64,000 nucleotides of DNA from an uncultured Ignavibacteria bacterium (GCA_947084945.1 CAMTUP010000005.1:12535-76534); one strand, 5' to 3'. Positions 10,285 through 19,831 are shown, counted from the first letter of the stretch. A program made the numbers and translations. Notes: generated by a model from the letters alone, not told the origin.

Positions 10285-10336
10285 TGAATTAAAAATAATA
10301 TAACAATAAAACAAAGTAATAGAAATTACATTATAT

Positions 10337-10465
10337 GATCCTGAATTTTATGGCGATATATCTTGTGGCGTAAAAGATAAATCAGGCAATCAATGGTGGA
10401 TAGCTTCGCATATTGAAGATATATCGAATGAAGAAATTGAGAGAAGACAACGAGAAATGAAATAA
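10337..10465 (+). pseudogene. orphan 3' fragment of a VOC-family gene (diverged copy of 9401-9532)
   Basis: Reads DPEFYGDISCGVKDKSGNQWWIASHIEDISNEEIERRQREMK* in frame and aligns codon for codon with the end of the VOC gene. No 5' part and no start codon. Confidence 0.75.
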
Positions 10466-10577
10466 AAATAAATATTAATTTTCAAAAGGGCATTTTGTTT
10501 TTTTTATTTTATAAGTTATACGGGTAATTTTGTTAATGGGATTGTTCCTAAAGGCGTAGCACTGAGCGCTCAAAAAA

Positions 10578-11216
10578 TTACTGCAAAAATGGATTATTCT
10601 CCTTCTCCTCCCCAATTGTTGTCGCTTCCATATGTCCGGGGTAGATTACAAATTCATCAGGATACTTAAACACTTTATTCTGAATGGAATCAATCAGCAC
10701 ATCCATATCACCCATCCACAGGTCAGTACGACCTACTGAGCCACGAAAGACCACATCGCCGCCAAAGATCACTTTTTCCTTCTCATCAACAAAACATACA
10801 CTGCCCGGTGAGTGACCCGGAGTATGCAGTATTTTAAATTCCGAATCAGAGAAATTAATTGTATCAGTTTCATCTATGAATCTATCCGGCTCCGGCGGCT
10901 TGGGAAAACTGACACCGAACATAGCGCTCTGCTCTATAGCTTTTTCAATAAGGGGCAGATCATCTTTATGCATTAATATTGGTACATTGAAAATTTCTTT
11001 AGCCCAAGTGTTGCCCATAATGTGATCAATATGTCCATGAGTATTTAAGATGAGCTTAATATTTGTTTCGTTTACTTTAATGTAACTAAGAATTTCTTCT
11101 TTCTCAAAATCCTCATATGCACCCGGATCGATTATTACGCCCTCTTTTGTTTTTTCATCCCAATAGATGTAGCAGTTCATAGAAAATGGATTTACAGTAA
11201 ATGTTTTTGTTGTCAT
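10578..11216 (-). CDS. MBL-fold metallo-hydrolase (glyoxalase II-like)
   Basis: HGHIDHIMG is an HxHxDH motif, with HTPGHSPG downstream. I prefer the ATG at MTTKTF (11216) because the track's GTG at 11237 lies inside a hairpin repeat. Confidence 0.85.
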   Translation of the reverse strand: MTTKTFTVNPFSMNCYIYWDEKTKEGVIIDPGAYEDFEKEEILSYIKVNETNIKLILNTHGHIDHIMGNTWAKEIFNVPILMHKDDLPLIEKAIEQSAMFGVSFPKPPEPDRFIDETDTINFSDSEFKILHTPGHSPGSVCFVDEKEKVIFGGDVVFRGSVGRTDLWMGDMDVLIDSIQNKVFKYPDEFVIYPGHMEATTIGEEKENNPFLQ

Positions 11217-11329
11217 AATTTTTTGTAATAATCTCACAGAGTCATGCTTCGCAGAGACTCTGTGAAAACAAAAGTATCAATTCAAGAGATTCTTCGCTTG
11301 GTATTGGGGTATTTTTGCTTCCACTATTA

Positions 11330-11400
11330 TTGTCATTCCGTTCTTGATACGGAATCTTTTGGAAAAGAAACAAGATTCCTGCCTCCGCAGGAATGACAAA
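11330..11400 (+). repeat. two family-A units (one inverted partial, one complete)
   Basis: ttgtcattccgttcttgatacggaat (inverted tail plus hairpin), then gattcctgcctccgcaggaatgacaaa (11374-11400). Confidence 0.7.
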
Positions 11401-11493
11401 TAGGCGTAATTGAAAATAGCCAACTACTCTTCACTTCGTTCAGAATTTGTGTATAGTTATTAATTTTATTTTTGAATATTTTTGCAATTTACA

Positions 11494-12012
11494 ATGAACA
11501 AGAACGATAAAACAGTCAAAGGAACATCATCTCAAAAAAGTACAGGAACTCCCCTAACTCCAAAGGTAAGAAAAGAGATAATAATTGCTTTAAATAAAAG
11601 AGCTTACCATGATTACGAGATATTGAATAAATATGAAACCGGTATTGTGCTGACCGGCACTGAGGTAAAGTCACTAAGAGACCATAAAGCAAGTTTGGTA
11701 GATTCATACGCAAGAGTTAAGAAAGGCGAGGTTTGGCTTCTGAATGCAAATATTGCTCTTTATAAATTAGGAACCTTTACAAATCACGAACCAACGAGTA
11801 CAAGGAAACTTTTACTTAAGAAAAGCGAAATTAGAAAACTTGATATCAAACTGAAAGATAGAAGTCTGACTTTAATACCGCTTAAGCTATATTTTTCAGG
11901 TCCATTTGTAAAAGTTGAGCTTGGCTTGGGAAAAGGAAAGAAGCAGTATGATAAACGTGAATCGATAAAAAAAGCAGATGTACAAAGACAATTAAAACGG
12001 GTAAAGATTTAA
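11494..12012 (+). CDS. smpB: SsrA-binding protein SmpB
   Basis: NKRAYHDYEILNKYETGIVLTGTEVKSLR and a basic C-terminal tail. ATG at 11494 preferred over the track's TTG at 11482. Confidence 0.93.
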   Translation: MNKNDKTVKGTSSQKSTGTPLTPKVRKEIIIALNKRAYHDYEILNKYETGIVLTGTEVKSLRDHKASLVDSYARVKKGEVWLLNANIALYKLGTFTNHEPTSTRKLLLKKSEIRKLDIKLKDRSLTLIPLKLYFSGPFVKVELGLGKGKKQYDKRESIKKADVQRQLKRVKI

Positions 12013-12030
12013 AAAGAATTAGGGATATAG

Positions 12031-12340
12031 ATTCCCGCCTGCGCGGGAATAACTCTGCAATTAAAAAAGCAGATGTACAAAGGCAGTTAAAACGGGTAAA
12101 GATTTAGATATAATTATTTGATATAATATATGATTAAGTTTAATTCATAATAACTTTATAAATTAAAAATAGAGATTCCCGCTTGCGCGGGAATAACTCT
12201 GCAATTAAAAAAGCAGATGTACAAAGACAGTTGAAACGGGTAAAGATTTAGATATAATTATTTGATATAATATATGATTAAGTTTAATTCATAATATCTT
12301 CATAAATTTTAGATAGAGATTCCCGCCTTCGCGGGAATAA
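12031..12340 (+). repeat. 144-bp tandem repeat (2 full units plus a third hairpin), each unit = family-A-like hairpin + copy of the smpB 3' tail + AT-rich spacer
   Basis: Hairpins attcccgcNNNcgcgggaat at 12031-12050, 12175-12194 and 12319-12338, exactly 144 bp apart. smpB-tail copies at 12060-12107 and 12204-12251. Confidence 0.9.
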
Positions 12341-12353
12341 ACTAGCACAAACA

Positions 12354-13565
12354 ATGTCATTTCCACCGGTAAAAGAACAAATAGAACTCATCAGAAGGAA
12401 TACTGTAGAAATTATTCCCGAAGAAGATCTAGTGAAAAAACTTGAGAAATCAATTAAGGAAAATAAACCACTCAGAGTTAAGCTTGGGTGTGACCCATCA
12501 TGTCCTGACCTTCATATAGGGCACGGAGTCGTATTGCAAAAGCTCAGGGACTTCCAGGACCTTGGTCATAAAGCTGTTTTGATTATAGGTGATTTCACAG
12601 CTATGATTGGTGACCCATCAGGAAAAAGCAAAACCAGACCTGCTCTGACAATTGAAGAAACACAGATAAACGGAAAGACTTATTTTGAACAGGCATCAAA
12701 GATACTTTTGGAAAATAATCTTGAGATAAGATATAATTCCGAATGGCTTAAAAAGATGACATTCAGCGATGTAATTAAACTTGCAAGCAAATACACGGTG
12801 ATGCAGATATTAGAACGCGATGATTTTTCCAAAAGAATGGCAAGCAATGCTCCAATCAGCCTTCATGAACTGCTCTACCCTCTTAGCCAGGCAATGGATT
12901 CCGTTGCAGTAACTAGTGATGTTGAGCTTGGGGGCACTGACCAGAAATTTAATTTGCTTGTTGGCAGAGCTATACAGGAAGCGTATGACATGGAGCCACA
13001 ATGCATTGTAACATGTGAGCTGCTTGAAGGTACTGATGGTATTGAAAAAATGAGCAAATCTCTTAACAACGCAATTTGTTTTACTGATTCACCCAAAGAT
13101 ATTTTTGGTAAGTCTATGTCAATTCCTGATAAGCTGATTTATAAATACTACACACTTGGTACAATGTTAAATGATGCCGAACTTCTATCAATAAAAAATG
13201 AATTGGATGACCCTCTAACAAATCCTCGTAACTTAAAGGTTAGACTTGGTTATGAGTTGGTTAAGAAATTTTACGATGAAGAATCAGCCAAATATGCTCA
13301 GAATGAATTTGAAACGATATTTGTGAAGAAAGAGATACCAGATGATATTCCTGAAATCAAACTTGATTCAAAGGAAGTTAAGCTGGTTACAATAATAAAG
13401 GAAAATAATATGGCTGCCTCATCAGGTGAAGCGATAAGGCTGATTAAACAGGGTGGTGTTACAATTGATGGCGAGAAGATAACAGATGAGAAATATATAG
13501 TGAAAGCGGAAAAGGATTTTGTTTTAAAGGTAGGGAAAAGGAAGTTTTTGAGAGTATTGATTTAA
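12354..13565 (+). CDS. tyrS: tyrosine--tRNA ligase
   Basis: 403 aa. HIGH motif (DLHIGHGV), KMSKS motif and a C-terminal S4-like domain (AIRLIKQGGVTIDGEKI). Confidence 0.95.
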   Translation: MSFPPVKEQIELIRRNTVEIIPEEDLVKKLEKSIKENKPLRVKLGCDPSCPDLHIGHGVVLQKLRDFQDLGHKAVLIIGDFTAMIGDPSGKSKTRPALTIEETQINGKTYFEQASKILLENNLEIRYNSEWLKKMTFSDVIKLASKYTVMQILERDDFSKRMASNAPISLHELLYPLSQAMDSVAVTSDVELGGTDQKFNLLVGRAIQEAYDMEPQCIVTCELLEGTDGIEKMSKSLNNAICFTDSPKDIFGKSMSIPDKLIYKYYTLGTMLNDAELLSIKNELDDPLTNPRNLKVRLGYELVKKFYDEESAKYAQNEFETIFVKKEIPDDIPEIKLDSKEVKLVTIIKENNMAASSGEAIRLIKQGGVTIDGEKITDEKYIVKAEKDFVLKVGKRKFLRVLI

Positions 13566-13780
13566 TTATATTTTCAAATCCCCATCTTTGATTATTGGTT
13601 ATTCATAATTTAAAATTAATTTGCACTTCACTCAATTTTCATAATTTCCTCCCCCTTTACAAGGGGGATTAAAAGCAAAGAATTAAGAATTATTATATAA
13701 CGGATTTAGTTTTAAATTATTATATTTGTTTAACAGAACTCACCTGAATTTAACAACATTTAAAGCGGAGACAGAAAAAA

Positions 13781-14326
13781 TTGTTCAAACCTAGTAAAAT
13801 TTTTTTCACCAAGGGAGTTGGAAGGCATAAAGATTATTTGCAGTCATTTGAGCTTGCATTAAGAGTAGCAGGCATAGAAAAATGTAATTTAGTATCAGTA
13901 TCAAGTATATTCCCGGCTGGCTGTAAAAGACTATCAAAGGAAGAGGGTATTAAACTCATGGAGCCCGGTCAGATAACATTCTGCGTTATGGCAAGGAATT
14001 CGACCAGTGAAGCAAACAGGTTGATAGCATCATCAATTGGAGTTGCGCTTCCAAGCGATGGCAATCAGTACGGGTATATTTCAGAGCACCACCCTTTTGG
14101 TGAATCAGAAAAAATATCAGGAGAGTATGCCGAAGATATCGCAGCACAAATGCTTGCAACTACACTTGGAATAGATTTTGACCCGGAACAAGCATGGGAT
14201 GAAAGAGAGCAGGTTTACAAAGCCAGCGGTCAAATTTATAAAACTTTTAACATAACACAATCAGCCGAAGGCGATAAGGCAAATATCTGGACAACTGTTA
14301 TAGCTGCTGCTGTAATGTTACCGTAA
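13781..14326 (+). CDS. pdaD: pyruvoyl-dependent arginine decarboxylase
   Basis: 181 aa. [36 protein letters not shown] contains the Ser-Ser self-cleavage site context. TTG start. Confidence 0.85.
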   Translation: MFKPSKIFFTKGVGRHKDYLQSFELALRVAGIEKCNLVSVSSIFPAGCKRLSKEEGIKLMEPGQITFCVMARNSTSEANRLIASSIGVALPSDGNQYGYISEHHPFGESEKISGEYAEDIAAQMLATTLGIDFDPEQAWDEREQVYKASGQIYKTFNITQSAEGDKANIWTTVIAAAVMLP

Positions 14327-14334
14327 AATGTGAA

Positions 14335-15006
14335 ATGTCAAACGTCAAACGTCAAACGGGAAGTATTAAGCAATGTTTGATTGTATGTAACGGACACCTT
14401 ACAAAAATAGAGCTTTACAGCTTTACGAAATTAAATAAGCCCCGCAAGGTAATTGATATTATTGCCTGTGACGGGGCTTCTGATTTTTTGATGAGTGCTG
14501 CAATAGTACCTGATGTAATAATAGGTGACCTGGATTCCATTAAACCTCAAACCCTTAAGTATTTTTCAAAGAAAAGAGTATTTATAAAGCAGGTAAAAGA
14601 TCAGAATATAAATGATCTGGAAAAAGCTATACTATTTGCTTTATCAAAAAAATGTAAAGATATAAATATTATCGGATTTGCAGGAAAAAGGCTTGACCAC
14701 ACACTGAACAATATCAGCATATTAAAGAAATATCATAAAAAAGCTAAGTTCAGATTTTATGAAAATGGATTTGAGGGGTTGATAGTAAGTTCAATAACTG
14801 AACTGAATTGCATAGTCGGAGATATTGTTTCTCTCATCCCTTTAAACAAAGCTTCAGGGATTTATACAAGTGGACTTAAATATCCTATAAAAAACGGAAC
14901 ACTTGAATTTGGCAGAAACACAGGGGCATTGAATGAGGCTGTTGAGGATTTGGTAAGAATAAGAATTAAAAAAGGTTGTTTAATTGTTTTAATCTCAAAT
15001 AGATAA
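14335..15006 (+). CDS. thiamine diphosphokinase
   Basis: 223 aa. PDVIIGDLDSI, KDQNINDLEKA and GFAGKRLDHTLNN match the TPK catalytic pattern. The first codons are built from a GTCAAAC x3 repeat, so the start is uncertain. Confidence 0.8.
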   Translation: MSNVKRQTGSIKQCLIVCNGHLTKIELYSFTKLNKPRKVIDIIACDGASDFLMSAAIVPDVIIGDLDSIKPQTLKYFSKKRVFIKQVKDQNINDLEKAILFALSKKCKDINIIGFAGKRLDHTLNNISILKKYHKKAKFRFYENGFEGLIVSSITELNCIVGDIVSLIPLNKASGIYTSGLKYPIKNGTLEFGRNTGALNEAVEDLVRIRIKKGCLIVLISNR

Positions 15007-15058
15007 AATTCCCTGTAATAGAAACATTTTTCCCCAATTAAATGAAAAAGCTTTAAAA

Positions 15059-15445
15059 ATGACAATCGTTGCAAAATGGATATTGATATTATTTGGTGTG
15101 TATATTTTTTTAGCGGGTATAATTATGCTATTAAAGCCCGGTAAAGCCAGAGAAATTTTAAGAAAAGCTGGAAGCAGTAATTTTATAAACTATGCTGAAA
15201 TTACACTGCGAATGGTACCAGCTATAGGATTTATATTATATTCGGATCATTCTAAATATCCTGATATTTTCAAACTCATTGGATGGTTTATGCTTGCTAC
15301 TTCCATTATTCTTTTATTAATCCCTCGAAAGTTCCATCACAATTTTTCCTTAAGAAGTGCGGAAGTTTTGAAGCCGTTATATTTTCAAATTATTTCACCA
15401 TTCGCTTTATTAATTGGCGTGATTATCATTTACAGTATAATCTGA
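15059..15445 (+). CDS. hypothetical membrane protein
   Basis: 128 aa with about four hydrophobic segments. Confidence 0.5.
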   Translation: MTIVAKWILILFGVYIFLAGIIMLLKPGKAREILRKAGSSNFINYAEITLRMVPAIGFILYSDHSKYPDIFKLIGWFMLATSIILLLIPRKFHHNFSLRSAEVLKPLYFQIISPFALLIGVIIIYSII

Positions 15446-15512
15446 TTTTTTTTCGTTTTCGCATATTCCATACATAGCAATAATATGCTGGTACTATTAC
15501 CAATCTGATTCC

Positions 15513-17921
15513 TCACCTCCACTTTACATTTCTTGTAAAATCACCGTTTGTTTTTAAGATCACAGCGCCTTCCTTGCCAACATTCAGTACATTGTATCCC
15601 GTTTCATTCAGCGTTGCAGCAAATATTTCGGAATTCACTTTCTTCCTGCCGGAATTGGTTTCGCCAATAACGATATATTCAGGGTCAGTATCAGATATGA
15701 ATTCAGGCTGTGCAGTGTAAAATGATCCAGATCCCGGCACTCTTAATACCTGCATATTCAGATAAAACTTATTTAGGTAAATTGAATTATAAAAGTTTTC
15801 TACCGGTGTTACAGCATCGTTAAATACATACGACTGGTCGCCATATAGAAATTGCGTCATCATGGAACTTCCCTGGTATAAACTATCATAATAAATAAAT
15901 ATCCTAAAATTACCTTTTTGGTTTACAATTCTTGAAGCGGTTACATATTCTATTTTTGTTTTGATAAAATTTTTATTAAAACTTCTATTGCTTAATACAT
16001 TTTTATAAAAAACCGGCAGCATAATTTTTGATACATCAAAGTTCCGGACTAAATATAAAAGGTTACGGAACTCATTTTTATCGAGTGAGTTTAGTATTAA
16101 CAGGTCAATATTTTTTACTGAATTGGATTTTAGGTATGGAATAACAGTTCTCTCGGCAGAATTATATCTCACATTTGACGAGCCTGCATTAATCATTACC
16201 GATGAGCCTCCCGGCATTTTTACTAAAGTGCTGTTTGAAGGTCCAGTGTATAGGAATGTTATTTCAGCTTCTTTGGTTTTTGAAGAAACATCTTTCCACA
16301 CAACAAAATTAACTGTTAAAAATAAAATCAATAAAATCCTAAATCTAAAGTTCTTTACAGAAATTGAAAGGATAGAAATTAAAATGATGTAATAGAATAC
16401 AAACATTATTGAATCAACGAAATAAGTTTCAACAAAAGAATAATCCCATTTTGCGCATAATTCAATCAGCAATAATTGCATATATAATAATGCAGAATTA
16501 ACGGCAGCAAAAACCGAAGCTAACCACATAGAAAATGGAGAAAAGATAACCATAATGAAACCGATTGCTAGCGATATATTGGAAAGCGGGATAGCAAATA
16601 GATTAGCCACTAATGAAACTATTGAAATCTTTTTAAACATTATAGCAGTAATTGGCAGTGTACCTAATTGAGCTGCAAGCGTTCCCATAAATAAGGATAT
16701 AATACTTTTAAAAGCTATCACAGAGTATTTTTTATCATTTAGAGATTTATACCAGCTAATTGAATTAATCAATTTATTAAAAATAGGGTAAATAATTATA
16801 ATTGATAAAAGTGCAGTAAAAGAGAGAATAAAACCTGCATCAAATAGTTGCCTTGGGTCAATTACAAGAATAACCATAGCAGCGAAAGAAATGATATTAT
16901 AGCTGTTAGGCTTTCTTTCAGCTATATGAGCAATAAGGAAAATTGATGCCATTATCACTGCTCTAACAATTGAAGAAGTATTTCCGGTTAAATCCATATA
17001 GAATAGCAGACATCCAATTGTAATGAAAACTTTATATGAATATTTAATAGGAATAAAAATCAATATTCCCCAAATAATAAGAATTACATAAACGACATTC
17101 AGTCCCGAAACAGCTATAATATGTGCAACACCAGCATTAATAAAGTTTTGTTTCATTTCCTTCGAGATATTGCTTCTTTCACCAAGCAATAAACCTTTCA
17201 TGTATTCCCCTTCTTCACCCCCAATAAGTTCATCAATAGTTTTTATTGAATGCTCTTTTACAGGAATAATTACATAAGACTTAAAAAGATTTGGTGTTTT
17301 GTGACCAAGAAGTGAAATATTTTCAAAGCCGTATGAACTAAAAACAGCATCAATTCCATGAAGTTTTAAATACTTGCCGTAATCAAACTCACCCGGATTT
17401 CGCTGGAACGGAAGCTCCAAAACTTTTCCTTTTATTTCAACAACATCACCATAAGTAAGTCTGTTAGGAAATTCTTCTTTAAACTTATTTTTATAAACTG
17501 AAGCTAAAACCAAACCACTCGTAATTGAGTCATTTATAGCTTCTACATCAATTATTATCCTTATTCTTTCTTCATTAATATCGGGCTGTTCAATTATCAC
17601 TCCCCTAATTAACGAATTATTTATACTTGTTTTTACTTTTGCTGAAACATTATCAGGGTCTGATTTATAGAATCTATATTGAAATGAAAAAATCCCAAAC
17701 ATAAGTAATAGAAAGAGATATAGTAAAAGAAATATCTCTTTTTTAAAGCTTTTTGTGTATAATATTCCGATAAATATTGCAAGTGAAAATAAAATAAATA
17801 AGAACAACCATTCAGGAAGAAATGCAAGATTGAATTTTATTAAATAGCTTATTACTATACCAGCTGCAATAGGTAAAACTGCAAACAAAGCCGGGTATTT
17901 CCTGCTGAATTGATTAAGCAT
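15513..17921 (-). CDS. comEC: ComEC/Rec2 DNA internalization channel with C-terminal MBL-like domain
   Basis: 802 aa. Polytopic, with the GVAHIIAVSGLNV competence-domain motif. N-terminal DUF4131-like region and C-terminal soluble domain. Confidence 0.85.
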   Translation of the reverse strand: MLNQFSRKYPALFAVLPIAAGIVISYLIKFNLAFLPEWLFLFILFSLAIFIGILYTKSFKKEIFLLLYLFLLLMFGIFSFQYRFYKSDPDNVSAKVKTSINNSLIRGVIIEQPDINEERIRIIIDVEAINDSITSGLVLASVYKNKFKEEFPNRLTYGDVVEIKGKVLELPFQRNPGEFDYGKYLKLHGIDAVFSSYGFENISLLGHKTPNLFKSYVIIPVKEHSIKTIDELIGGEEGEYMKGLLLGERSNISKEMKQNFINAGVAHIIAVSGLNVVYVILIIWGILIFIPIKYSYKVFITIGCLLFYMDLTGNTSSIVRAVIMASIFLIAHIAERKPNSYNIISFAAMVILVIDPRQLFDAGFILSFTALLSIIIIYPIFNKLINSISWYKSLNDKKYSVIAFKSIISLFMGTLAAQLGTLPITAIMFKKISIVSLVANLFAIPLSNISLAIGFIMVIFSPFSMWLASVFAAVNSALLYMQLLLIELCAKWDYSFVETYFVDSIMFVFYYIILISILSISVKNFRFRILLILFLTVNFVVWKDVSSKTKEAEITFLYTGPSNSTLVKMPGGSSVMINAGSSNVRYNSAERTVIPYLKSNSVKNIDLLILNSLDKNEFRNLLYLVRNFDVSKIMLPVFYKNVLSNRSFNKNFIKTKIEYVTASRIVNQKGNFRIFIYYDSLYQGSSMMTQFLYGDQSYVFNDAVTPVENFYNSIYLNKFYLNMQVLRVPGSGSFYTAQPEFISDTDPEYIVIGETNSGRKKVNSEIFAATLNETGYNVLNVGKEGAVILKTNGDFTRNVKWR

Positions 17922-18008
17922 ATTGCAAGATGAGCAAAAATATTAAATTAAAAAATTGAAATTAAATAGTATAAAAATTAGCTGGACTCTGCGAAATCAA
18001 AATTATAC

Positions 18009-18096
18009 AGACTACAAAAGTCTTATCATTCTATATAAATCCCGTAATCATCAGAAATAATGCAACTATTTAATCATTATCAGACTTTTGTAGTCT
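18009..18096. repeat. family-B element: AGACTACAAAAGTCT ... AGACTTTTGTAGTCT inverted pair, 88 bp
   Basis: Perfect 15-mers at 18009-18023 and 18082-18096, reverse complements of each other. Each 15-mer is itself AGACT-N5-AGTCT. Confidence 0.85.
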
Positions 18097-18315
18097 TTTG
18101 ATCAATTCATTTATTGCATTTTAAAAACGTTTAACTTGAATTTAATATATTCATATATCTTACTCTTTCCTCATACCCTAAAGGTCTTACATATTTCTGT
18201 GTGAATCTGCGTCAAGAAAAATTGATGTGTGCAAAAATATTTATAACACCTTTCATTTTATATGTAAACTGTAATAATATTTTTGTAATTTGCAGAGTTA
18301 ATAAATTAATTATAT

Positions 18316-18447
18316 ATGAGCGAACATCTAAACAACGAAACACCCCCAGGAGAATTAAATCCGAGATTCAAGTTCAGACTGGCAATGACATTTGTATTTT
18401 TTATCCTTGCACTTGTTTACATTCTTTGGTTATTAAAAATGGTTTGA
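18316..18447 (+). CDS. possible 43-aa single-pass membrane peptide (below ORF-track size cutoff)
   Basis: ATG at 18316 gives MSEHLNNETPPGELNPRFKFRLAMTFVFFILALVYILWLLKMV*. One clear TM helix, ending 14 nt before the next gene. Fits better than the overlapping 87-aa track ORF. Confidence 0.25.
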   Translation: MSEHLNNETPPGELNPRFKFRLAMTFVFFILALVYILWLLKMV

Positions 18448-18460
18448 TAATCAAAGAAAT

Positions 18461-18916
18461 ATGAAATACATAACAACACAATATCAGATTTATTTGGATA
18501 ATCTGAAAAAGGAAATATCGCTTTACACAAACGAAGATGACCTTTGGAAGTTAGCAGGTGTTGGACCTTTAGGTGATTTGAAAAACACTCCTGGAAATCT
18601 TGCGCTCCATTTATGCGGTAATTTGAAGCATAATATAGGAGCAGTAATTGGCAAAAATAGTTTTATCAGGCAAAGGGATATAGAGTTTTCGACTAAAGGT
18701 GTATCGAAAGCGGATATAATAAATGAAATTGAATCTACAACAGAAATTGTAATTCCAATTCTTGATAAAATGACAGATAATGACCTTTCAAAACCATTTC
18801 CTGAATCATCACAAGGTGAAGATCAGACAGTTTATGATGCTTTAATTAGGCTGGCACTTCATTTGGGTTATCATATTGGGCAAATAAATTATCACAGGAG
18901 AATATTAACATTTTAA
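18461..18916 (+). CDS. DinB/DUF1572-family four-helix-bundle protein
   Basis: 151 aa. Conserved His positions in LALHLCGNLKHNIG and HLGYHIGQINYHRR. Confidence 0.7.
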   Translation: MKYITTQYQIYLDNLKKEISLYTNEDDLWKLAGVGPLGDLKNTPGNLALHLCGNLKHNIGAVIGKNSFIRQRDIEFSTKGVSKADIINEIESTTEIVIPILDKMTDNDLSKPFPESSQGEDQTVYDALIRLALHLGYHIGQINYHRRILTF

Positions 18917-18948
18917 AAACTTATGAGACCTTTAGGATTGGAGGTAAT

Positions 18949-19323
18949 GTGCGTAAATATCTGATACTGTTTACAATAATATTTGTTTATATCTGGGGAT
19001 GTTCATCCAGTGAAGATAAATTTGACCTAATCACAAAAGAAGATAGGAAAATAATTGGTTCGTTTTGTAAATGTTTAGAACCTCTTAGGTATTACAATGA
19101 TAAAATAACAAGCTCTAACGATCCATCAACAAAAGCAATTTATACCGATTCATTTCAACTCAAAGTAATTGAATTAGCTCCCTGCCTTGAAGATGCTGAT
19201 AAAATTGAATTAAAATTTGGTGAAAGCAAAGATTACAACAAACAATTTATCCAATATGTAAAAGTTAAACATCCTGATTGCGTTTCGTTATGGTTAGGTG
19301 AAAGTTTTAAAGAAACTCCATAA
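18949..19323 (+). CDS. hypothetical lipoprotein
   Basis: 124 aa. GTG start and the lipobox-like sequence VYIWGCSS. Confidence 0.5.
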   Translation: MRKYLILFTIIFVYIWGCSSSEDKFDLITKEDRKIIGSFCKCLEPLRYYNDKITSSNDPSTKAIYTDSFQLKVIELAPCLEDADKIELKFGESKDYNKQFIQYVKVKHPDCVSLWLGESFKETP

Positions 19324-19354
19324 GAGTATTTTAGACAGTTAAAAGTAATGAGAA

Positions 19355-19831
19355 ATGAATATTATTAATAACATTATCAACAGACTTAATTATATAATAA
19401 GTGAAGTCCCGTATAAGATAAAGGAATTGACAGAAAATGAACTCACTTACAAACAATCTGAAAACAAATGGTCAAAAAAAGAAATCATCGGTCATCTATG
19501 TGATTCAGCAGTAAACAATTTAAGCCGTTTTGTACGTGTCCAGATTGAAGAGCAGCCCTTTAGAGTGATACCATACGAGCAGGATGAGTGGGTAAGGATT
19601 AATCATTACAATGAAATGAGAACCGAAGAAATATTAAACTATTGGTCTTCATTAAATAAACAAATAATCTACATTATTTTAAATATCCCTGAAGATAAAC
19701 TTGGTATAGTTTGTGATATTGTGAATGCTGCTTTCAGAGAAGGTGAATCAGAAAAAACTATTTTATGGTTGATAGAAGATTACTTAGTTCATATGGAGTA
19801 TCATTTAAGACATGTTGTTGGTGATATTTAA
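19355..19831 (+). CDS. DinB family protein
   Basis: 158 aa. IIGHLCDSAVNN and EDYLVHMEYHLRHV fit the DinB His triad pattern. Confidence 0.7.
   Translation: MNIINNIINRLNYIISEVPYKIKELTENELTYKQSENKWSKKEIIGHLCDSAVNNLSRFVRVQIEEQPFRVIPYEQDEWVRINHYNEMRTEEILNYWSSLNKQIIYIILNIPEDKLGIVCDIVNAAFREGESEKTILWLIEDYLVHMEYHLRHVVGDI

Noticed and set aside
12031-12340. Regularly spaced palindromic repeats considered as a CRISPR array
   Set aside because: The sequence between the hairpins is itself repeated as a whole 144-bp unit, so there are no unique spacers. There are only three repeats and no cas genes.
18201-18464. 87-aa track ORF upstream of the DinB gene
   Set aside because: GTG start with Cys/Ile-rich low-complexity sequence. 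A 43-aa ORF with a clean TM helix in another frame (18316-18447) explains the region better, although that ORF is itself low confidence.
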